IMG/VR virus record: IMGVR_UViG_3300020200_003236
Coordinates: 16,938-80,937 of that record
DNA length: 64,000 bases
Strand: one strand, 5' to 3'
From: a virus
Taxonomy: Duplodnaviria; Caudoviricetes
In this document: piece after piece, positions 58,570 through 64,000 of the stretch
How the letters are laid out: each line of letters opens with the position of its first letter
Numbering within the stretch: position 1 is the stretch's first letter
Position numbers and translations under genes: made by a program
Notes under the pieces: model-generated
Told to the model about the DNA's origin: nothing
The model's input: the letters and a program-made list of their open reading frames with translations, nothing else
Database searches by the model: none

Positions 58570-58671
58570 CCTGATGTCGGAGCCTGATGTCGGAGCCTGA
58601 TGTCGGAGCCTGATGTCGGAGCCTGATGTCGGAGCCTGATGTCGGAGCCTGATGTCGGAGCCTGATGTCGG
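58570..58671 (+). repeat. 13-bp tandem array CCTGATGTCGGAG (7 full copies plus 1 partial)
   Basis: Counted directly; perfect copies with no spacers. Confidence 0.95.
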
Positions 58672-58755
58672 GGGGTTTTTCATGTGGCAGCTTTGCAAAA
58701 CCCGATACAGCTTGAGATAGGACTACTGCCAGAACCCTTTTCAAGCAAAACGTCC

Positions 58756-58778
58756 AAAAATCGCACGGTGCGATTTTT
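58756..58778. promoter_or_regulatory. Perfect 23-bp palindrome, operator-like
   Basis: AAAAATCGCAC-G-GTGCGATTTTT; 11-bp arms around one base, about 25 bp upstream of the next start codon. Confidence 0.65.
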
Positions 58779-58806
58779 GAAACTACCACCTGCTTGGAGA
58801 ATGAAG

Positions 58807-59934
58807 ATGACAAAGACGACAAAGACGGCGATTAAGGTCCAAGGGATTCTTGATGATTTGGCAAACCCGGCCAACCCGGCCAATCAAGAAGTTCGCTTGA
58901 TTAGCCCACGACAGCAAGGAACTTTTAAGTTCTGCCATGACGATTCGGGTTACGAAATTCCAATCGAGTCAATGCCGGTCAAGCAAATTGACAAACGCAT
59001 CGTTTTGAAGCCAGAGGACGCTTCTAAGTTCCTCGCCAACAACGTCTTTTCCCACCAAAGAAAGATTCAAGAAAAGCGTCTCCGCACCCAATGCAAGGCA
59101 ATCCAAAATGGATTGCATCATGGGAATACGATTGCAGACGCAGTCTTGGGCTTTGATTACTTTATCGAAGTCTATGACGGGAAAGGTGGCATGAACCTCA
59201 AAAAAGTTGAGCGTCTGCTGGTCAATGCTCAACATACACTACACGCCGTTATGGCAACCAAAATCCCTCTTGATGTTACCTACCAAGAGTGGTTTTGCCC
59301 TTCTTTTTCCGCTCTAGCCACGCTCTGGGCGACTTTCGACCAACCGGGTAGCCAAAGAACTCCCGAAGAAATTGCTTCGGCCTTTTTGGAATCTTTTTCC
59401 GAACCGGGCTGGTCGAACAAGTCTCTCAATAAGGTGGCATCTGCTTTCTTCGCAGCCAGCCTTGGCGAAATGTCCGGCAATATGCAGTATGGAAGTCGCT
59501 CCACTACCGCCGAGCGAATCAACATGCTCATGGAGAACGAAAACCGAGCAGTTCGGAAGTTCGTCAAAGACGTTTGTTGGGGACACCAAAAAGAGGTTGA
59601 TAGTAAGTTCATGCAACGAATCGTCGTCATGATGATTATGATTCAAACGTACCGGGCAAGTCCAAGAATGGCACAGCAGTTTTGGGAACCCGTTCTCTTC
59701 GGAGGCAATCGAGTCGGTGGTCCCTCTGAGGCAAAGTACGAACTCAACCAGTGGTTGAAAAACCATGTCGTCGGTAATACCACCGGAGGCGATAAGCGAA
59801 AAGCAGTTACCAACAAAGACATGCAGATTGTCTGCATTCGAGCTTGGAACGCCTTTATGGATGACGTTCAAATCAAGTTCACCAAAATCGGTGAACACAT
59901 CCCCACAATCAAGTCGGTCGCCAGACCGAGATAG
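58807..59934 (+). CDS. ParB/Srx-like (DGQHR-type) domain protein
   Basis: DASKFLANN...QRKI...LLVNAQHTLHAVMATKIPLDV resembles A..lL..N..nR...liDGQHRL.Ai. Start placed at 58807 after GGAGA (58801 is an alternative). Confidence 0.5.
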   Translation: MTKTTKTAIKVQGILDDLANPANPANQEVRLISPRQQGTFKFCHDDSGYEIPIESMPVKQIDKRIVLKPEDASKFLANNVFSHQRKIQEKRLRTQCKAIQNGLHHGNTIADAVLGFDYFIEVYDGKGGMNLKKVERLLVNAQHTLHAVMATKIPLDVTYQEWFCPSFSALATLWATFDQPGSQRTPEEIASAFLESFSEPGWSNKSLNKVASAFFAASLGEMSGNMQYGSRSTTAERINMLMENENRAVRKFVKDVCWGHQKEVDSKFMQRIVVMMIMIQTYRASPRMAQQFWEPVLFGGNRVGGPSEAKYELNQWLKNHVVGNTTGGDKRKAVTNKDMQIVCIRAWNAFMDDVQIKFTKIGEHIPTIKSVARPR

Positions 59935-59955
59935 TCAACCCTACCAGACCCCCAC

Positions 59956-60003
59956 AAAAATCCCGCCCGGCTATTTTTACAATGGCTCGGCGGGATTTTT
60001 TTT
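59956..60003 (+). terminator. Intrinsic terminator
   Basis: AAAAATCCCGCC...GGCGGGATTTTTTTT after the ParB-like gene. Confidence 0.75.
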
Positions 60004-60128
60004 GCCCATATGGAAAAATTCCAAAATCTGGATCGGAAAATCTTTGTAACAAACCTCCCTATTGTAAAATTTTTCCAAAAACATTAAAGATAAAAATGCC
60101 CCGTAATTGCGTGGCCACCCCTCCCCCC

Positions 60129-60145
60129 TGCATCTTTCGTGCCAA
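60129..60145 (-). promoter_or_regulatory. Possible sigma-54 -24/-12 element
   Basis: Minus strand TTGGCACGAAAGATGCA; one mismatch to YTGGCACG-N4-TTGCW with correct GG/GC spacing. No obvious downstream gene. Confidence 0.3.
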
Positions 60146-60277
60146 ATTTTTCCAAAATAATTTTTTAATTGTTAATTTTGTTTAAGTTAGGATGTACCAG
60201 AGTTGAGCAAAAAATTGGTACATGCCAACATAGAAGACATAGAAAAAAAGGGGCGGGATGGTTCCCGCCCCTTCGCC

Positions 60278-60703
60278 TTAGACAAGTTCCGGTTCGACCA
60301 CTTCGACCACTTCGACCGAACCTTTGACGGTCGTTGCGCCCTTGCGCACTGCCTTCGGCAAGGCGTCAGTGATTGCCGTAACCCTTGCCATTGCCGCATC
60401 AACGTCGGCCATGCGTTCGCTAATCGCATCCTCGCCCAACCGCTCGCCAGACAATGCTTCGGTCATCGCTTCGATGAGCAACTCGGCGGCACGTTCACGC
60501 TGAAAGCCCATCTTGGCCAGTAGCAAGGCCATCGTGGCCTTCAGGGGGATGGAAATGGTCGGGGTGTATTCCCCGTCCTGATTCCGCTTGATCGTGGCCT
60601 TGACATGCAGTGTCACGGTCTCATCGACCGTGACCTGCCCAACGGGCAGGTCGGGCGTGTCTTTCAGGAGCTTCGCAATCGCCACATGCAGCAAATCGTT
60701 CAT
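60278..60703 (-). CDS. Cassette protein (141 aa), paralog of 63578..>64000
   Basis: MNDLLHVAIAKLLKDTP..., RBS GAAAGGA; ends directly at a hairpin. Confidence 0.75.
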   Translation of the reverse strand: MNDLLHVAIAKLLKDTPDLPVGQVTVDETVTLHVKATIKRNQDGEYTPTISIPLKATMALLLAKMGFQRERAAELLIEAMTEALSGERLGEDAISERMADVDAAMARVTAITDALPKAVRKGATTVKGSVEVVEVVEPELV

Positions 60704-60870
60704 CTGTTTTTCCTTTCGCAGAGGGGTGTGGGGTGTTGCGTAACCGTCCATTTCTGGTACATGCCAACATAGAAAAGAAAACAAAAGGTTCCCCTTTTGT
60801 TTAAGTTAGGATGTACCAATTTGCTCACTCAAAGAAAAAAAAGGGGCGGGATGGTTCCCGCCCCTTCGCC

Positions 60871-61224
60871 TTACGTTGTGGCGAAGTAGCCGTAAGGCAG
60901 GCCAAGCTGGAAACACAGGTGTTCGTTGTTGCCGCCCGTGTCGTGGGCATCGTGCAACCAGCGAAGGGCCGTTACTCGGTCGGGTGCGCCGCCGGTGATG
61001 AGCCGGTCGAAGAGGGCTTCGACTTCTTCAGCGGCTTGCGCTTGCGATGCCTCTTCTTCGATGCGGTTGCGTTCGCAGACGCCCGCAAGGCGTTGGAACT
61101 CGGCGTCCCACTGCGCCACCGTCCAGTTGGGCATCGCCCCACGGGGGCGGAAGCCGTAGGCGTCTTTGTGAAAGCAGCTCCAAACTTGCTGGAATTCTTC
61201 GACGGTCTGAATGGTCGTGGTCAT
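60871..61224 (-). CDS. Cassette protein (117 aa), phage-type hypothetical
   Basis: MTTTIQ...FHKDAYGFRPR...TALRWL...LGLPYGYF; GAGG upstream. Confidence 0.75.
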   Translation of the reverse strand: MTTTIQTVEEFQQVWSCFHKDAYGFRPRGAMPNWTVAQWDAEFQRLAGVCERNRIEEEASQAQAAEEVEALFDRLITGGAPDRVTALRWLHDAHDTGGNNEHLCFQLGLPYGYFATT

Positions 61225-61333
61225 GATCGGCCTCGCAGTGTAGTGTTGTGTTCCCCTCACACCCATTTCTGGTACATGCCAACATAGAAAAAAGAAAACA
61301 AAAGGGGCGGGAAGGTTCCCGCCCCTTGCTGCC

Positions 61334-61579
61334 TTACTCGCCGTAGTCCTCATCCGTGCCGTAGTAGCCGTAGTCCTCATCCGTGCCGTACCCAGCACCG
61401 GCAAGTACGTCGGCGTCGGCGTCTACGTCGTCACGGAACTGGTCTGGCTCGTCGTCGTAGTCGTCGCTGTCGCTGTCGTCGTCGCTGTCGCTGTCGTCGT
61501 AGTCGCTGTCGTCGGCCAATGCGATGGCTGCTGCGAGAAGCCGCTCGTTCTCAATGAGCAATTTTTGGAACTCGGTCAT
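61334..61579 (-). CDS. Cassette protein (81 aa), extremely acidic
   Basis: MTEFQKLL...DDSDYDDSDSDDDSDSDDYDDE...GYGTDEDYGYYGTDEDYGE; RBS GAAAGGA. Confidence 0.7.
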   Translation of the reverse strand: MTEFQKLLIENERLLAAAIALADDSDYDDSDSDDDSDSDDYDDEPDQFRDDVDADADVLAGAGYGTDEDYGYYGTDEDYGE

Positions 61580-61699
61580 CGTTTTTCCTTTCAGAGAGTG
61601 GAGTAGTGTTACCGTCCCTTTCTGGTACATGCTAACATAGAAAAGAAAACAAAAGGGGCGGGATGGTTCCCGCCCCTTGCTGCCTTACTCGCCGTCGCA

Positions 61700-61918
61700 T
61701 CACTTCACCTTGATGACACAGATGTTGGCGAGACGCTTGAACCGGATGTTCAGTGTCATGCCCGGTTGGGCATCTGCTTTGTTGATGTACCGACCTGCAC
61801 GGCCTTCTGCAAACCATGGGTCGCTGATTTGGAAGTCCTTATTGGCATCCCAATCAGCTTTGACTTCTTTGCAAGATTTGTAATCACGACCGTAAGCGGG
61901 AACGCATGTCAGATACAT
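61700..61918 (-). CDS. Cassette protein (72 aa)
   Basis: MYLTCVPAYGRDYKS...; RBS GAAAGG. Confidence 0.7.
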   Translation of the reverse strand: MYLTCVPAYGRDYKSCKEVKADWDANKDFQISDPWFAEGRAGRYINKADAQPGMTLNIRFKRLANICVIKVK

Positions 61919-62025
61919 CGCAGACCTTTCGCAAAGAGTAGTGTTTCGTAACCGTCCCTTTCTGGTACATGCCAACATAGAAAAAAGAAAACAAAAGGGG
62001 CAGGATGGTTCCCGCCCCTTCGCCT

Positions 62026-62274
62026 TTACGGGTTGAGATATTTCCCCGCTTCGTATGTGAAGACGACGGCATCCCCTTCGACCATATGGGGGATTTTCTC
62101 GCTCAGTAGGTCGGTGGCCGCTTGCTTCGTGAGGTTGAAGCCGTCCACGAATACCCGCAGCATGGCCTTGCGGTCTTTCGGGAACTTGAAGCCGTTGATG
62201 GCCCAAGCCACCATGCCGGGAGTGTGAACCCCTGACTTGCTGGTGAGTCGCACTTGAACGAGTTCGGTTGCCAT
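62026..62274 (-). CDS. Cassette protein (82 aa)
   Basis: MATELVQVRL...; RBS GGAG. Confidence 0.7.
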   Translation of the reverse strand: MATELVQVRLTSKSGVHTPGMVAWAINGFKFPKDRKAMLRVFVDGFNLTKQAATDLLSEKIPHMVEGDAVVFTYEAGKYLNP

Positions 62275-62397
62275 TGTTCGATTCTCCGTGAGTTGTTTGT
62301 TTGTTACTTCCGTCCTTCTTTGGTACATGCCAACATAGAAAAGAAAACAAAAGGGGCGGGAAGGTTCCCGCCCCGGCACGATAGCCGGACTGAACGA

Positions 62398-62715
62398 TTA
62401 GGCCGCTTTGAGCCGAGCGACCAGCAATTCCTTGAGCATTTGGGTCAAGACCGCCTTGACTTCGACGGGTTGCCCGTTGAACTTGTCCGGGCCAGCTTCG
62501 CCCAGATAGTTGTAGATCGTCATGCCCTCATCGAGCGACAGCTTGCCGGAAGCGACGGCAAGGCTCTTGAGTTCTTGGAGTTTCGCATACTCCACGAAAT
62601 CCATATCGAGCGCCTTGCGGGTTTCCTCGACCTTTGCGGCGGTCACGATGCCCTTCGCAATGCGTTCCTCAATTTGGGCCTTCATGCGGGCGATGGCGGC
62701 AACGACTCGGTTCAT
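62398..62715 (-). CDS. Cassette protein (105 aa)
   Basis: MNRVVAAIARMKAQ...; GGAG upstream. Confidence 0.7.
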   Translation of the reverse strand: MNRVVAAIARMKAQIEERIAKGIVTAAKVEETRKALDMDFVEYAKLQELKSLAVASGKLSLDEGMTIYNYLGEAGPDKFNGQPVEVKAVLTQMLKELLVARLKAA

Positions 62716-62789
62716 CTTTCGGTTCTCCGCAGGTTTGAGTTTCGTATCCCTTACACAGTAATTACGGTTTGTTTTGGTTTACTCCCAAA

Positions 62790-63008
62790 TTATGCCGCAA
62801 TTTTCGGCCAATACTTTGCGGGGAGTAGGATAGTCTTGAACTCCCACCCCGCACCGTAGGCAAGGCGGTAGTTCGTCAGTAGGTGATTGCGGTCGCTTGC
62901 ATCGGTTGCATAGTCGCAATGCTCCCACGAACGACCATAGGCCGGGTTGCGGGTGAGAATCTGGAACTTGTAACCGTCAACCGGGTCATACGCTTGTGGC
63001 CGTGCCAT
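62790..63008 (-). CDS. Cassette protein (72 aa)
   Basis: MARPQAYDPVDGYKFQIL...WEHCDYA...YRLAYGAGWEF; RBS GGAG. Confidence 0.7.
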   Translation of the reverse strand: MARPQAYDPVDGYKFQILTRNPAYGRSWEHCDYATDASDRNHLLTNYRLAYGAGWEFKTILLPAKYWPKIAA

Positions 63009-63060
63009 GTTTGTACTCCGCAGGGTTTGTTGCTTCCGTCCCTCTCTGGTACATGCTAAC

Positions 63061-63489
63061 TTACTGGTCTATGGTGTAGGTGAAGCTAAACCCTTCCATA
63101 TCGAAATTGATGTAGGGATGATCTTCGACGCCATGCGTATCCCCTTCGACGGAATAGGATACGTCGAAGCCCATTGATTGCTTGAGCGTATTCAACGCTG
63201 CAAGGCATTGCTCGAACTTCTGGCGAGCGGCGGGCAGGTGCTTGGCGATTGCTTGGCGTGCCGCTTCATGGGTGAGATAATACCCATCGAGCGAAAAAAC
63301 GGTTGTGTTGATCGACCGCTTGCGGGGTTCGATGTGAATAACGTCATTCCACCAAACGGCGTAGTAAATAACGTCGATGCCGTACTTGTGGCGGTTGAAC
63401 GTCACTTCGGGATACTTCGCAAGCAATTCGTTCGCAATGGTTTCCCGTTGTTCGGCAAACCGCTTCGCACGTTGTTCTGATGTTTCCAT
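63061..63489 (-). CDS. Cassette protein (142 aa)
   Basis: METSEQRAKRF...; RBS GGAGG; its TAA is part of the downstream motif. Confidence 0.7.
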   Translation of the reverse strand: METSEQRAKRFAEQRETIANELLAKYPEVTFNRHKYGIDVIYYAVWWNDVIHIEPRKRSINTTVFSLDGYYLTHEAARQAIAKHLPAARQKFEQCLAALNTLKQSMGFDVSYSVEGDTHGVEDHPYINFDMEGFSFTYTIDQ

Positions 63490-63577
63490 TTGTTCCTCCG
63501 TCCCTTTCTGGTACATGCTAACTTAGAAAATAGAAACAAAAAGGGGCGGGATGGTTCCCGCCCCTTCGCCTTTCGGC

Positions 63578-64000
63578 TTAGAACAACTCGGCAGCATCGA
63601 CCAGCACGGCGACGGGTTCCGGTTCGATCACTTCGACCGAACCCTTGACCGTTACCGCACCCTTGCGGGTTTCCTTCGGCAAGGCGGCGGTGATTGCCGT
63701 AACCCTTGCCATTGCCGCATCCACGTCGGCAAGGCGGGCGAGTACCGTTTCCTCGCCTAGCAGCCCTTCGTTGAGGGCTTCGGTCATGGCGTCAACCAAC
63801 AACTCGGCGGCACGTTCCCGCTGGAATCCCATCTTGGCGAGCAGCAAGGCCAGCGTAGCCTTGAGGGGGATGGAAACGGTCGGGGTGTATTCCCCGTCCT
63901 GATTCCGGCGAATCGTGGCCTTGACATGCAAGGTCACGGTTTCGTCCACTTCGACCACTCCCACCGGAACGTCCGGCGTATCCTTGAGCAGCTTGCCCAA
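63578..64000 (-). CDS. Cassette protein, 5'-truncated by the window edge; paralog of 60278..60703
   Basis: Shares DETVTLHVKATI.RNQDGEYTPT.SIPLKAT.ALLLAKMGFQRERAAELL with 60278..60703. Confidence 0.75.
   Translation of the reverse strand: MGKLLKDTPDVPVGVVEVDETVTLHVKATIRRNQDGEYTPTVSIPLKATLALLLAKMGFQRERAAELLVDAMTEALNEGLLGEETVLARLADVDAAMARVTAITAALPKETRKGAVTVKGSVEVIEPEPVAVLVDAAELF

Larger units (their letters stand above)
60176..64000 (-). repeat. Array of single-gene cassettes separated by a conserved hairpin, T-tract and 14-17-bp motif
   Basis: TGGTACATGCYAAC (plus strand) at 60216, 60755, 61270, 61623, 61963, 62321, 63047, 63509. GGGGCRGGA-N4-TCCCGCCCC hairpins at 60250, 60843, 61304, 61655, 61997, 62353, 63543. 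Inverted motif copies at 60186 and 60805. Confidence 0.95.

Noticed and set aside
58570-58671. CRISPR array
   Set aside because: Perfect 13-bp tandem copies with no spacers, and no cas genes in the window.
57899-58822. Full-length 307-aa TnpB as given in the ORF track
   Set aside because: The N-terminal third is translated tandem repeat (RHQAPTSGSDI) and intergenic DNA; TnpB similarity starts only near AAITSD.
61334-63516. Conserved MYQKGT leader peptide starting at the ATG inside the motif
   Set aside because: In frame with the cassette gene in only some copies (61630, 63516) and out of frame in others; no RBS before it, while the downstream starts have good RBSs.
60216-63522. Junction motif as a sigma-70 promoter with TTGGCA as -35
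   Set aside because: The sequence 16-18 nt downstream varies and lacks TAnnnT in the copies checked. TAWGTT could be a -10, but has no plausible -35.
60176-64000. Classical integron (attC array)
   Set aside because: The motif has GTT, but there is no matching RYYYAAC inverse core after the stop codons, no attC-type bottom-strand fold spanning the junction, and no integron integrase in the window.

Overview
This window looks like a fragment of a large myovirus-type (probably jumbo) phage genome, and it falls into three blocks. (1) About 1-41.6 kb, mostly minus strand, is a virion morphogenesis region: T4 gp2-like protein, a 3880-aa tape measure, tube-initiator-like, gp53/LysM-like, hub, gp5/VgrG-like spike, gp25-like, baseplate J/gp6-like, gp7/P2-I-like wedge, tail-collar protein, and three paralogous PKD-type appendage proteins (one with about 70 Pro/Thr-rich 12-aa repeats). 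These are interleaved with HNH and LAGLIDADG homing endonucleases, a SET-domain protein, an NDT-like protein and glycosyltransferase-like genes. (2) About 41.7-60 kb, mostly plus strand, is an accessory region: a CCA/poly(A)-polymerase-family enzyme with altered catalytic motifs, an RNA-repair-type HAD, a GT95/96-like glycosyltransferase, a methyltransferase, a histidine phosphatase, peptidases, a DUF3445/HDOD-like protein, a decayed tnpB next to a 23-nt tmRNA/tRNA-Ala-like 3' end, and a 13-bp tandem array plus a perfect palindrome upstream of a ParB/DGQHR-like gene. (3) About 60.2-64 kb, visibly GC-richer, is an array of single-gene minus-strand cassettes separated by a near-identical hairpin/T-tract plus a conserved TAWGTTRGSATGTACCA motif, with inverted motif copies and chimeric junctions that suggest shuffling; it probably continues beyond the window. 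The cassette array is the strongest candidate for an undescribed system. All product calls come from motif recognition by eye; no database searches were run.
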